Below, piece after piece: positions 54,289 to 63,450 of a stretch of 64,000 nucleotides of DNA (positions are counted from its first letter, which is position 1; each line of letters opens with the position of its first letter). Below the pieces are notes generated by a model. It had not been told where the DNA came from. It did not search any database and worked only from the letters and a program-made list of their open reading frames with translations. The translations under genes were made by a program, and so were the position numbers. The DNA is from Christensenellaceae bacterium Phil7 (lineage in GTDB: Bacteria > Bacillota > Clostridia > Christensenellales > CAG-138). The stretch is taken from NCBI GenBank assembly GCA_001940845.1, contig MSGV01000023.1:146312-210311 (forward strand), in the 5' to 3' direction.

Positions 54289-55130
54289 TAAGCAATTTTG
54301 GTGAAATATATCAATCCTTTGACCGCAGATCGGAGCTTATGGAAAAGGATGGCATTGTGACCGTCCATTCGTCCGAACTAATGGAATATAAGGGAATTTT
54401 GCATGGCTTCACAACACGAATCGGTGGAGTGAGTCCCGCGCCGTTTGATTCGCTCAATTTTAGCTTTGGCCGTTCTGATACGCCTGAGAATGTACGGGAA
54501 AATTTTAAACTGCTTGCTTCTTCAAGAGATTTGAATTATGATGAGTTGATTCTTGTGAATCATGAGCACGGTAATAATGTTGTGCGCGTGGATAGAAGGA
54601 ATTGCGGCTGCGGAATATCGAGGGATCCGCTTCCTTATTGTGACGGACTTATTACAGATGATCCGGATGTGACGCTCATCACCCTTCATGCCGATTGCGG
54701 AGGTGTGTTTATTTATGATGAGGAGAGGAAGGCCATTGGGCTTGCCCATGCAGGCTGGAAGGGGACTTTGAGCCGCATCGGTCAAAAGCTGGTTGAATCG
54801 ATGACGGCTGAATTTGGATCATTGCCCGAGCTTCTTAAAATTTCGCTTTCCCCATGCATTTGCTTCGATTGTTTTGAAGTGGATTCAAGCTTGGCCGAAG
54901 CATTTTCGGAGCAATTTGAATATGCAGGAATTTATAAGGACGGAAGACCCGGTAAAGCATACGTTGATATTGCGGCTGCGCTTTGCGTACAACTGCTTGA
55001 AGCAGGCGTTTCTGCATCCAATATTTCAATAATGCAGCACTGTACCTTTGAAGAAAGGAAACTATTCTATTCATACCGAAGGGATGGCAGGGGAACGGGA
55101 GCTATGGCTTCATATTTAAAAATCATTTGA
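54285..55130 (+). CDS. pgeF: peptidoglycan editing factor PgeF / YfiH (laccase-domain) family protein
   Basis: 281 aa. ATGA overlap with nrd[18 protein letters not shown] and [10 protein letters not shown] motifs. Confidence 0.85.
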   Translation: MISNFGEIYQSFDRRSELMEKDGIVTVHSSELMEYKGILHGFTTRIGGVSPAPFDSLNFSFGRSDTPENVRENFKLLASSRDLNYDELILVNHEHGNNVVRVDRRNCGCGISRDPLPYCDGLITDDPDVTLITLHADCGGVFIYDEERKAIGLAHAGWKGTLSRIGQKLVESMTAEFGSLPELLKISLSPCICFDCFEVDSSLAEAFSEQFEYAGIYKDGRPGKAYVDIAAALCVQLLEAGVSASNISIMQHCTFEERKLFYSYRRDGRGTGAMASYLKII

Positions 55131-55250
55131 GAATGGAGTTCTAAAATATAAATAGAAGTCCTCGTTTTGTACAGACTATAAGCTATGGGATGGCAGCAGT
55201 TGATGCTGTGCGAGATCATAAATATAGCTGATGAAACGAGGTGCTTTATT

Positions 55251-55832
55251 TTGCCGCTATTTACAATGTCATCATTGGTTCTGACAATATTAATGGGCTT
55301 TGGACTTTTAAGATCTTTTAGAGGTATTATTAAGTGTACTAAGACGACAATCCTGTTTTTCCTGGTTTCAGTATCGGTGTTATACGGTTTTAATCTTCGT
55401 TTTAATCCTGAATTTGTTCTGAATATGGCCGTAATTCCCGTGTTCGTTTCCGCCTGGATATTGTATGCAAAACGTGATGGAAAAATTCCTGGGAAACTGT
55501 TTCTTTTTTCGATGATATCCGGCATGGCTATGGCAATACCCAGCTATTTTTTTGGGAATTCTGAGTGGCTTTTGTGTATTTTCGCGCTAATTCCATCGGT
55601 TGTTATGCTATTATTTGGGGATGCTCTTGCCGGGATATGCTCAGCAGCTTCAATACCAATATTCATTGAGCTGAATAGATTTGTGCTCGAGCTTTTATTA
55701 TCGGGATATGCATTTGTTCAATTCGGAAGTTCCGTAGCTGATGTGCAGCTGATGGGCATGCTTCTCATTGCATTGATAACGGAATTCACATTTGTTAGAA
55801 ATAAAAATAAGCTCGAAAACAAACGAATATAG
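55251..55832 (+). CDS. hypothetical multi-pass membrane protein
   Basis: About 193 aa with 5-6 hydrophobic helices. Favoured start TTG 55251, 7 nt after GAGGTG. Alternatives are ATG 55185 or 55266. Confidence 0.45.
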   Translation: MPLFTMSSLVLTILMGFGLLRSFRGIIKCTKTTILFFLVSVSVLYGFNLRFNPEFVLNMAVIPVFVSAWILYAKRDGKIPGKLFLFSMISGMAMAIPSYFFGNSEWLLCIFALIPSVVMLLFGDALAGICSAASIPIFIELNRFVLELLLSGYAFVQFGSSVADVQLMGMLLIALITEFTFVRNKNKLENKRI

Positions 55833-55849
55833 CTTGGCCGGTGTTCTAT

Positions 55850-55891
55850 AAAACTCCTTGTGCATAAGATTATGTGCAAGGAGTTTTATTT
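55850..55891 (+). terminator. intrinsic terminator abutting the spoIIIAA ribosome-binding site
   Basis: AAAACTCCTTGTGCAT / ATGTGCAAGGAGTTTT (16 bp including 2 G-U pairs) followed by TTTTATTTT. The RBS GAAGGAG starts at 55895. Confidence 0.65.
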
Positions 55892-55908
55892 TACGAAGGA
55901 GTTATAAG

Positions 55909-56844
55909 ATGTACGGATTAAAGAGAGCTGAGAATGGCACGGCCGAATACATAATGCGCGTCATTCCACATAGGCTGTGTGAAATAATCGATCGTTATAT
56001 GCAAATGCCGGGCTTAGAAGAAATTCGATTTCGTGTCAATCGTCCTGCGCAGCTGCAATTTCAGAATAAGGATGTTATTCTTTCGCAATATGGAGCAATA
56101 ACGCCTGATGAGATCATAGCAATGCTTCATGCTGTATGCATGAATTCCGTATATGCAGTCCAGAACGAATTACGGATGGGGTTTGTTACTTTGCCGGGCG
56201 GAATCAGAATAGGGCTCAGCGGCAAGCCCATAATGTTTTCGAATGAAATAAAAAATCTTACAAGCATACAGAGCTTCAATATTCGAATACCTCATGAGAT
56301 CAAAGGCTGTGCTGAGCCGTTTGTTAATACCTTTATTGATAAAGACCTACCGGCATCGAGCATTATAGCTTCCCGTCCAGGTGTAGGAAAGACTACCTTT
56401 CTCCGCGATCTTGCACGCTGCTTTTCAAATGGAATAGGAACTCCAAGAGCATATAAAACAGCTCTAGCCGATGAAAGAAATGAGCTGTCGGGAAGCGTTG
56501 ATGCTGTTCCGATGCTTGATGTCGGAATGAGAACGGATGTTATGAGTTTGATCCCAAAATCCATAGCCATGCCCATGCTGATAAGGAGCATGTCTCCGGA
56601 ACTTATGATAACGGATGAACTGATGACAGAGGCGGATTTCAACGCGGTTTCAGACGCTGTCGGGAGAGGGATCAGTGTCATAGCAAGCATACATTCAGGC
56701 GATTTAACCGCTATCAGGAATATGAAATGGATAAAGGCAATGGATGAAAGAGGATCAAGGATAAAGCTTTTTATGCTGACAAGAGCTTTTGACAGGATCG
56801 GTCTTATAGACGAAGAGGGTAGCATCATATGTGGAAGCTTATAG
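55909..56844 (+). CDS. spoIIIAA: stage III sporulation protein AA (ATPase)
   Basis: 311 aa from MYGLKRAENG. Walker A SRPGVGKTTFLRD, Walker B MITDEL. Confidence 0.9.
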   Translation: MYGLKRAENGTAEYIMRVIPHRLCEIIDRYMQMPGLEEIRFRVNRPAQLQFQNKDVILSQYGAITPDEIIAMLHAVCMNSVYAVQNELRMGFVTLPGGIRIGLSGKPIMFSNEIKNLTSIQSFNIRIPHEIKGCAEPFVNTFIDKDLPASSIIASRPGVGKTTFLRDLARCFSNGIGTPRAYKTALADERNELSGSVDAVPMLDVGMRTDVMSLIPKSIAMPMLIRSMSPELMITDELMTEADFNAVSDAVGRGISVIASIHSGDLTAIRNMKWIKAMDERGSRIKLFMLTRAFDRIGLIDEEGSIICGSL

Positions 56845-57326
56845 CCGGGGTATTCCTGTTTTTAATATCATATGGAATCGGGTGGCTGATGTGCGGAAGA
56901 TTAAGCTATGAATTTAATATGCTTTCAGGTATTTCAGCGGATCTGAAAACCATGCATAGTGCAGTAAAATATGAAAGAAAGAGTCTTTTGGAATTGACAA
57001 CAATGCTTGCGGATAGGGGCGAACTTACCGAATTCTGGCATGAGATGAGCATACGGCTTGAAGCTGATTGCGGTGTAATGGCTGCATGGGGCTTTGCTTC
57101 AAAGCTATTGAAAGGCTTAAATGAAAAGGATATGGATACCATTGATGCGTTCTTTATGAATTTCGGAAAAGGTGGAGCCGAGACGGAGTTGGGGCGGTTT
57201 GAATTGGTTTTGGAGAGCATAGGTGAATCGCAAGGCAAGCTGAAAGCGGAGTATTCGGATAGGATCAAGCTAATAAAAACCTTATCGGTGCTTTCAGGCA
57301 TAGCATTTGCGCTCCTGATTCTATAA
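56829..57326 (+). CDS. spoIIIAB: stage III sporulation protein AB
   Basis: 165 aa. N- and C-terminal TM helices flank a helical domain. Position and size match SpoIIIAB. 16-nt overlap with spoIIIAA. Confidence 0.8.
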   Translation: MWKLIAGVFLFLISYGIGWLMCGRLSYEFNMLSGISADLKTMHSAVKYERKSLLELTTMLADRGELTEFWHEMSIRLEADCGVMAAWGFASKLLKGLNEKDMDTIDAFFMNFGKGGAETELGRFELVLESIGESQGKLKAEYSDRIKLIKTLSVLSGIAFALLIL

Positions 57327-57355
57327 TACAGTCGGGAAGGAGGATGATACGAAAA

Positions 57356-57553
57356 ATGGGCATTGAAATCGTATTGAAAATCGCGGGTGTCGGAATTCTG
57401 GTTGCCGCTGCATGCCAGCTTCTGAAACAAACCGGGAGGGATGATATTGCAATGATAACCGCTTTGGCCGGGCTTATCATAGTGCTGACAATGGTCATTG
57501 GGCTTATATCAACCCTATTCAACAATATAAGGAATGTATTTAAGTTGTTCTGA
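57356..57553 (+). CDS. spoIIIAC: stage III sporulation protein AC
   Basis: 65 aa. MGIEIVLKIAGVGILVAA... parallels B. subtilis MGVDVNVIFQIAGVGIVVAF. Confidence 0.85.
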   Translation: MGIEIVLKIAGVGILVAAACQLLKQTGRDDIAMITALAGLIIVLTMVIGLISTLFNNIRNVFKLF

Positions 57554-57948
57554 TGGATCTTTTTACAATTACTGGTCTGGTCATCGCTTCAGCGATGGCG
57601 GCGTACACGCTTAAAGAGATCAACAAACCGGCTGCAATTCAACTATCGATTGCCGGAGGTGCTGTTGCCATGCTGGCCTTAACTGCGCAGCTTACGGGAA
57701 TTACTGAGGAAATTCAGAAGCTTGCAGCAAACGGCGGTATGGAAAGCGGGATCATAACCTTGATGCTCAAGGCCGTAGGGATTGCTTATCTTTCGCAGCT
57801 TGCTTCAGAGCTATGCAGGGATATGGGGGAAAATGCCCTTGCAGTGAAAGCGGAGATCGCAGGACGGATCATGCTGCTGACGCTTGCAATGCCGCTGATT
57901 ATGCGCATCATGGATATGCTTATTGAATTGATACAGATCACGGCGTGA
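57553..57948 (+). CDS. spoIIIAD: stage III sporulation protein AD
   Basis: 131 aa, 4 TM helices. LSQLASELCRDMGENALAVKAEIAGRI motif. 1-nt overlap with spoIIIAC. Confidence 0.85.
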   Translation: MDLFTITGLVIASAMAAYTLKEINKPAAIQLSIAGGAVAMLALTAQLTGITEEIQKLAANGGMESGIITLMLKAVGIAYLSQLASELCRDMGENALAVKAEIAGRIMLLTLAMPLIMRIMDMLIELIQITA

Positions 57949-57963
57949 TGATCGGAGGAAGAT

Positions 57964-59154
57964 ATGCGGCGAAAAAAAGCAGGGATGCTCATCATAATTC
58001 TTGCTCTCATAATACCGTGCCTGCTGAGCATACGGGCAAGCGCGGAAGAAGTCCCCGATGAGATTTCTCCGGAGCTTGCCGAAGAATTGGAAAGATTGTC
58101 GAATGAAATGGACTTGTCGGCATGGCAGGAGTATTATGACGAACTGAACTCATCTTACGGCATATTGACCGAATATGATGATGTGAGGATGGTCATAGAA
58201 AGCATCGCTTATGGTAAGGCCGAGTTTGATTCGAATGATATTCTGAGTCTGCTAGGAGGTTTATTTTTACCGGGATTCAGGAGTGCTTTGGCTCAGATGC
58301 TTTGCATTGTGGCACTGGGGCTGTTGAGCGGAGTATGTACAATGGCTCTGGGGGATGAAAAGGGATCTAAGCAGGTGCTCATGATGATAATATCGGGAAC
58401 CGCGATTCTTTCAATAACTGCGATGTTTGTCTCCCTTGCAGTCGATGCATCAAATTGCATCAATCGAATTTCGGAATTCTGCTCAGTATCGGCACCGGTG
58501 CTTACAGGTCTACTGATATCGTTGGGATGCGCAGGCTCGGCAAAGCTTTTGAGTCCGGCACTGATAATGCTTTCAAATACGATTCTGCTGGTCATAATCA
58601 AGTTGATCGTGCCAATGCTGCTTGCAAGCGGAGTACTCAATGTGTTGAATGGTCTGACGGAAAGGTTGAAGCTCACACGATGCGTTAAACTTGTGAACAG
58701 CACGGTTAAATGGATACTCGGTCTGCTGACAACCATCTATATTGCTGTAAATACAATTGGGGGCATTGCGGCAAGCGCAGCTGATAATGTGTCGCTCCGC
58801 ACTGCAAGATACGCTATCGACAGGCTGATTCCTGCGGTTGGGGGAATGGTCAGCGGTGCGGTTGATGCAGTAATGGGAAGCTCTGTGATATTAAAAAATG
58901 CAGCAGGTATAACCGCAATACTGATAGTGCTATCCATAGCAGCCCGGCCTGCATTAAAGATTCTATCCGGAATGCTTGCATTAAGGATCTCTGCGGCAAT
59001 AACGGAACCATTTGCATCGCCGGAGATTCCATGTATGCTGGATGGAACGGCCGATACCGTTTCCTACCTTTTTGCTGCTGTAAGTGCAGCGGCAAGTATG
59101 CTGGTGATAATGATAATAATCATTATTTCCATGGGGAATACACTATTGAGTTGA
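57964..59154 (+). CDS. spoIIIAE: stage III sporulation protein AE
   Basis: 396 aa. Signal peptide followed by about 7 TM helices. Position in the operon. Confidence 0.85.
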   Translation: MRRKKAGMLIIILALIIPCLLSIRASAEEVPDEISPELAEELERLSNEMDLSAWQEYYDELNSSYGILTEYDDVRMVIESIAYGKAEFDSNDILSLLGGLFLPGFRSALAQMLCIVALGLLSGVCTMALGDEKGSKQVLMMIISGTAILSITAMFVSLAVDASNCINRISEFCSVSAPVLTGLLISLGCAGSAKLLSPALIMLSNTILLVIIKLIVPMLLASGVLNVLNGLTERLKLTRCVKLVNSTVKWILGLLTTIYIAVNTIGGIAASAADNVSLRTARYAIDRLIPAVGGMVSGAVDAVMGSSVILKNAAGITAILIVLSIAARPALKILSGMLALRISAAITEPFASPEIPCMLDGTADTVSYLFAAVSAAASMLVIMIIIIISMGNTLLS

Positions 59155-59170
59155 AGGGAGGCAGAATAAC

Positions 59171-59347
59171 ATTGCTAGGATATTGATTGGATTCGTTATT
59201 ACTACTGTTGCGGCAGCGTTGATTGAGGCTCTGCTTCCAAGCGGGAGTATGAAAAAAAGTGCCGAAAAGCTGATATCGCTCGCAGCTGCGGCGGAAATGC
59301 TGGCTTTGATATTTGAGCCGCTGATCAAGTATTTCGGCAGCGGGTGA
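59171..59347 (+). CDS. spoIIIAF: truncated-type stage III sporulation protein AF (membrane segment only; not in the supplied ORF track)
   Basis: 58 codons if ATT 59171 is the start (9 nt after GAAGGGAGG), or 54 from TTG 59183. IARILIGFVITTVAAALIEALLPSGSMKKSAEKLISLAAAAEMLALIF parallels the B. subtilis SpoIIIAF N-terminus (...FAIVIDMLLPSSSMQKYAKMVVSLLL...). Stop at 59345-59347. Confidence 0.6.
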   Translation: MARILIGFVITTVAAALIEALLPSGSMKKSAEKLISLAAAAEMLALIFEPLIKYFGSG

Positions 59348-59357
59348 ATAAAAGGAG

Positions 59358-59930
59358 ATGATGAAATTGAAAGATTCTGCTTTGTTTTCCAAATTATTAA
59401 TCAAGCTGGAAAACAATAAAAAGTTCAAATGGATAGCCTATGCTGTGCTGATACTGGCTGCATTGCTAATATTTATCAGCAGCATAAAAGCATCATGGGG
59501 CAAAAGCACGATACAGACGACGCCGACAGACCCTCAAGGTGGGCAGACCGATATTCAAACATATACCGAACGGTTGGAAGCAAGGCTTGAATCGATTCTT
59601 TCTGGAATGCAGGGAGTCGGCAAGGTCAGAGTTATGATAATGCTGGATGGCACGGAGGAGACGGTTGTCGCTTCTGAGGAGCAGAGCAGTGAAAATGAGA
59701 ACGGCACCTCTAAATACACAAAGCCATCCATAATATCATCATCCATGGGCGATGAAGCGATCGTTTTGAAGGAACTTCTGCCCAAGGTCGGAGGAGTGCT
59801 CGTCGTTGCGGAAGGTGCCGGGGATATCTCTGTAAGTTTGGATATCATGTCCGCAGTAAGTACTGTGCTGGGAATTAACCAGAACAATGTTCAAGTATTT
59901 GAAATGAACGAAAAGTCCGTAGAGGATTAG
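59358..59930 (+). CDS. spoIIIAG: stage III sporulation protein AG
   Basis: 190 aa. N-terminal TM helix. LEARLESILSGMQGVGKVRVMIML and GGVLVVAEGA motifs. The start may instead be TTG 59367, 9 nt after AAAGGAG. Confidence 0.85.
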   Translation: MMKLKDSALFSKLLIKLENNKKFKWIAYAVLILAALLIFISSIKASWGKSTIQTTPTDPQGGQTDIQTYTERLEARLESILSGMQGVGKVRVMIMLDGTEETVVASEEQSSENENGTSKYTKPSIISSSMGDEAIVLKELLPKVGGVLVVAEGAGDISVSLDIMSAVSTVLGINQNNVQVFEMNEKSVED

Positions 59931-59943
59931 AATGGAGGTCAAT

Positions 59944-60495
59944 ATGAAGAAGATGAGGATCAAATTTACGAAGAAGGGCGTTATCGCGCTTTCATTGCTG
60001 CTGGTTTTGCTGGCCGGAGCTATCTACCTAAACATTAAATTCACCAATGATGCATCCAGCACAATGGATGTATTGGGCAAGGGGGATGATGGTGCAAAGA
60101 CGGAACAGGGCGGCAAGCTGGAGCCTGTAGATGCACAGGTCTACAATAAATATTTTGTCAATTTCAGGGATGAGAGGAACAATATCCGTGCGCAGGAGAT
60201 CGAATACCTTAGAAGTATCATCTCGGAGAGTACGGCTGATAAGGAGACCATCGAGAATGCACAGAACAGACTGCTGGAGCTTGTAGGGAATATGGAACAG
60301 GAGTTTTCAATCGAAAACAGAATACGCGCAAAGGGATTTCTCGATGCCGCAGTCATATTCAAAAATGGGAAGATAAGCGTTATCATCGATGGGGAATCGC
60401 TGTCGGACGAGGAAGTTGCGAGAATTCTGGATATTGTTCGAAGTGAAACCGGCGCCACCGCCGAAGAAATAAGGATTTCTTTAAATAAGGGGTGA
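59944..60495 (+). CDS. spoIIIAH: stage III sporulation protein AH
   Basis: 183 aa from MKKMRIKF (RBS GGAGGT). N-terminal TM helix plus a SpoIIIAH/YscJ-like C-terminal domain (GFLDAAVIFKNGKISVII). Confidence 0.8.
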   Translation: MKKMRIKFTKKGVIALSLLLVLLAGAIYLNIKFTNDASSTMDVLGKGDDGAKTEQGGKLEPVDAQVYNKYFVNFRDERNNIRAQEIEYLRSIISESTADKETIENAQNRLLELVGNMEQEFSIENRIRAKGFLDAAVIFKNGKISVIIDGESLSDEEVARILDIVRSETGATAEEIRISLNKG

Positions 60496-60587
60496 TAAAC
60501 GACCGAGCCAATACCCGGAAAACCAATTTATTTATCATAAACGAAGCATCCGAGTGAAATTTTCATAAGAATGTTGCTTGAAAAATG

Positions 60588-60616
60588 TTTACATTTCCAG
60601 CTTTCTTTGGTATAAT
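60588..60616 (+). promoter_or_regulatory. sigma-70-type promoter for the asp23 operon
   Basis: TTTACA (60588-60593), 17 nt, TATAAT (60611-60616) with an upstream TG. Confidence 0.55.
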
Positions 60617-60646
60617 ATGTTGACCAAATGTAAGGAGGTATTCTTT

Positions 60647-61084
60647 ATGGAAAATGAAACCATCATCCCTACTGACGTTTGCGTGAACGAGAATGGCAAA
60701 ATAGCCTTTGCTCCCGACGTAATTGCAACAATCGCAAATTTAGCCGCATCCGAAGTGCCAGGCATTACCGGTTTGGGCGGAGGCTTTGCGGATAGCATCA
60801 GTGGCATTCTCGGAAAGAAGAATTTCACTAAGGGCGTTCGTGTTGAGGTCGGAAACGAAGAGACTGCGGTTGATATCAGCGTAAACGTTAAATACGGAGA
60901 AAAAATTCAGGAAGTATGCAGCTGTGTTCAGGTGGAGGTCAAAAAAGCTATTGAAACCATGACGGGGCTTCGCGTTGTCGAAGTCAATGTCTATGTTCAG
61001 TCTGTGACCTTTGAAGATCCTGCCGATAAGGGCGAAAAGAAAAAGCCGGAGAAGAAGGCCGAGCCTGAACCTCGTGTAAAGTAA
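60647..61084 (+). CDS. asp23: Asp23/Gls24 family envelope stress response protein
   Basis: 145 aa from MENETIIP (RBS TAAGGAGGT). IAFAPDVIATIANLAASEVPGITGL and the rest of the DUF322/Asp23 signature. Confidence 0.9.
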   Translation: MENETIIPTDVCVNENGKIAFAPDVIATIANLAASEVPGITGLGGGFADSISGILGKKNFTKGVRVEVGNEETAVDISVNVKYGEKIQEVCSCVQVEVKKAIETMTGLRVVEVNVYVQSVTFEDPADKGEKKKPEKKAEPEPRVK

Positions 61085-61230
61085 GAATTGTCGATTTTGA
61101 CCGTGAAAACGGGAACTATCACAAAAACCGGACAAGCGGCGCAGCAGGATAGCTTCTGCGCTGCTTGTAATTGAATTATTTGAGTTTGATCTTTCGCCTT
61201 GCGCAAACCGATGAAGAATGGAGATTTGTT

Positions 61231-61815
61231 ATGAGAAACGATACCGGAAAAAAGATATTGCTTTTTATTTTTACACTTGTTTTTATATGTGCTATGCTTT
61301 GGTTGGCAGCATCCGCATTCCATATCATCTCCCCGGGTGTATTTGGTGCAATTGCTGATTTCTTGATGAATGGTTCACCATTTCTGCGCATACTGCTGGG
61401 TATCATTTCAGCTTTGATCGCCATCATCAGCCTTGTCTTGGTTATTTCCTCAGATAGGAAAGCAAAGGATGCAGGCAGGAATATCCCGATTTGTGGAACC
61501 GGGGAAAACGGGGAGAACGCATTCGTAAGCTGCTCGGCGGTTGATGCCCTGGTCGAAAAACAGGTTAGGCAAAATAAATCGGTCAAAAAGGTTGAATGCA
61601 GGGTTTCGGATATAGATATCGAAGGAATAAAGCTTAATTTGAAGCTTGAGGTTTTGGAGGATGCCAATATGGTCAGGCTCTGCTCCGAGCTTCAAACACA
61701 GATTGCAGATCAAATTAGCGGGATCACGGGAGTAAAAGTCAGAGACATCGTTATATCGATAGTTGGAACTGTCAGCACAAATAAATCGAGCAGCATTGAA
61801 AGGCGAGTGAATTGA
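61231..61815 (+). CDS. amaP: alkaline shock response membrane anchor protein AmaP-like
   Basis: 194 aa. Two N-terminal TM helices followed by an Asp23-like C-terminal half. Position directly after asp23. Confidence 0.6.
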   Translation: MRNDTGKKILLFIFTLVFICAMLWLAASAFHIISPGVFGAIADFLMNGSPFLRILLGIISALIAIISLVLVISSDRKAKDAGRNIPICGTGENGENAFVSCSAVDALVEKQVRQNKSVKKVECRVSDIDIEGIKLNLKLEVLEDANMVRLCSELQTQIADQISGITGVKVRDIVISIVGTVSTNKSSSIERRVN

Positions 61816-62048
61816 TGAAATTCAATGATGTATTGCAATTTTGCATAAAACATAAGTATGCCGTTATTTATGGAATCGTAGGATTTATATCAGCCATACT
61901 TATGCTGACTATAGGATTCTTTCCTACGCTCCTGATATTGATTCTTGTTTCTTTGGGCATAACAGTGGGCTGCCTTATGGATAAGGTGGGAGCTAAGGGC
62001 ACATGGATGCTTATTAAAAAAATTTTTAATATAAATAAAAACAGATGA
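61815..62048 (+). CDS. DUF2273 small integral membrane protein
   Basis: 77 aa with two TM helices. Third gene of the conserved asp23-amaP-DUF2273 triad. Confidence 0.65.
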   Translation: MKFNDVLQFCIKHKYAVIYGIVGFISAILMLTIGFFPTLLILILVSLGITVGCLMDKVGAKGTWMLIKKIFNINKNR

Positions 62049-62059
62049 TTTGAGGAATT

Positions 62060-62473
62060 ATGAGCAGAAAAACAGCACGCGAGGTAGCTATGATGCTTAC
62101 CTATGAAAAAATCTTTGGATGTGATGATACCTATAAAGATGTATTGGAAAAATCCGGTATATCCGATGAGACATCGGATGCCGATATCAATTATGCAGCT
62201 AGCATCGTGGCTGGGGTTCAGGAAAATATTGATGAGATTGATCTTCAGATAGAGCTAAATTCCAACGGCTGGAAGATTTCCAGGATGTCCAAAGTCGATC
62301 TATCCATCCTTCGCAATTCTGCCTATGAGATACTCTATGACACACGAATGGATGATTCCATATCCGTAAACGAAGCTATCGAGCTTGCCAAAATATATTG
62401 CGACGAACAGGCTCCTAAGTTCATAAATGGTGTGCTTGGCGGTATAATTCGCAGCAAGTTCAAGGATTCCTGA
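62060..62473 (+). CDS. nusB: transcription antitermination factor NusB
   Basis: 137 aa. MSRKTAREVAMMLTYE... and INEAIELAKIYCDEQAPKFINGVLG are typical of NusB. Confidence 0.9.
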   Translation: MSRKTAREVAMMLTYEKIFGCDDTYKDVLEKSGISDETSDADINYAASIVAGVQENIDEIDLQIELNSNGWKISRMSKVDLSILRNSAYEILYDTRMDDSISVNEAIELAKIYCDEQAPKFINGVLGGIIRSKFKDS

Positions 62474-63411
62474 TGTCACAGCTATTCGTTGGTCTGGATA
62501 CGAGCTGCTATACGAGCTCGGTTGCATGTATTGATTCTGACGGTATCGTTTGCGATGAGCGCATACTCCTTCATGTGAACAAAGGCGAAAGAGGGCTGCG
62601 TCAGAGCGATGCCGTATTTCAGCATACAAGAAATCTTGATGCGTTGATAAGCAGGGTATTTTATGAGATAGACCCTAGGCTGATACGAGCCGTTGGAGTA
62701 AGTTCATGTCCAAGCGGAAGGGAGAATAGCTATATGCCGGTCTTTCTTTCGGGTAAGACCGCAGCAACTGCGATATCGTCCTCATTGCGGGTTCCGATAA
62801 ACCTATTCACGCACCAACAAGGGCATATAAGAGCAGCACTTTATGGAAACGAGCTGCTTATGGGACAAGCTTTTTTTGCGATCCATCTAAGCGGGGGAAC
62901 AACAGATATCCTAAAGGTTGATCCATCGTTTGATATCATTCGCGTTGGCGGTTCAAATGATATCAATGCAGGGCAATTGGTCGATCGTATCGGCGTAAAA
63001 CTTGGGCTCCCATTTCCGGCAGGCAAATCGTTGGAAAGACTTGCGGAGGGGAAAAGCTGTACATCAGAATGTCAGCTTCCTTCGAGCGTAAAGGGGTTGG
63101 ATTGTTCGTTTTCGGGCGTTGAAACTAAGGCGCTGGGATATGTGGATGCAGGTATACCTGCTGAGATAATAGCCGTATCTATCTATGATTGTATTGCAAG
63201 AACCCTGGCAAAGCTTATAAGAAATGCTGCCGAATCCTTTGGAATAAATAAATTTCTGCTCGCAGGCGGCGTTGCTTCAAGCGCGATTCTGAAGGATATG
63301 CTTCGTGAAAGGCTTAAATCCCGATCTATAGAATTGTATTTTGCAGATAGTAAACTTGCCAGTGACAATGCGGTTGGAATAGCATTGCTCACTAGGGATA
63401 GATTTAATTAA
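62473..63411 (+). CDS. Kae1/TsaD-like (glycoprotease/M22, ASKHA-fold) protein
   Basis: 312 aa. GLDTSCYTSSVA (compare TsaD GIETSCDETA), HQQGH (HxxxH metal site), LAGGVASS, SDNAVG. 1-nt overlap with nusB. Confidence 0.65.
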   Translation: MSQLFVGLDTSCYTSSVACIDSDGIVCDERILLHVNKGERGLRQSDAVFQHTRNLDALISRVFYEIDPRLIRAVGVSSCPSGRENSYMPVFLSGKTAATAISSSLRVPINLFTHQQGHIRAALYGNELLMGQAFFAIHLSGGTTDILKVDPSFDIIRVGGSNDINAGQLVDRIGVKLGLPFPAGKSLERLAEGKSCTSECQLPSSVKGLDCSFSGVETKALGYVDAGIPAEIIAVSIYDCIARTLAKLIRNAAESFGINKFLLAGGVASSAILKDMLRERLKSRSIELYFADSKLASDNAVGIALLTRDRFN

Positions 63412-63417
63412 ATATTT

Positions 63418-63450
63418 GCGACGGCATTATTTATCAATACCGTCGCTTTT
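63418..63450 (+). terminator. intrinsic terminator after the Kae1-like gene
   Basis: GCGACGG / CCGTCGC stem followed by TTTT. Confidence 0.6.
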
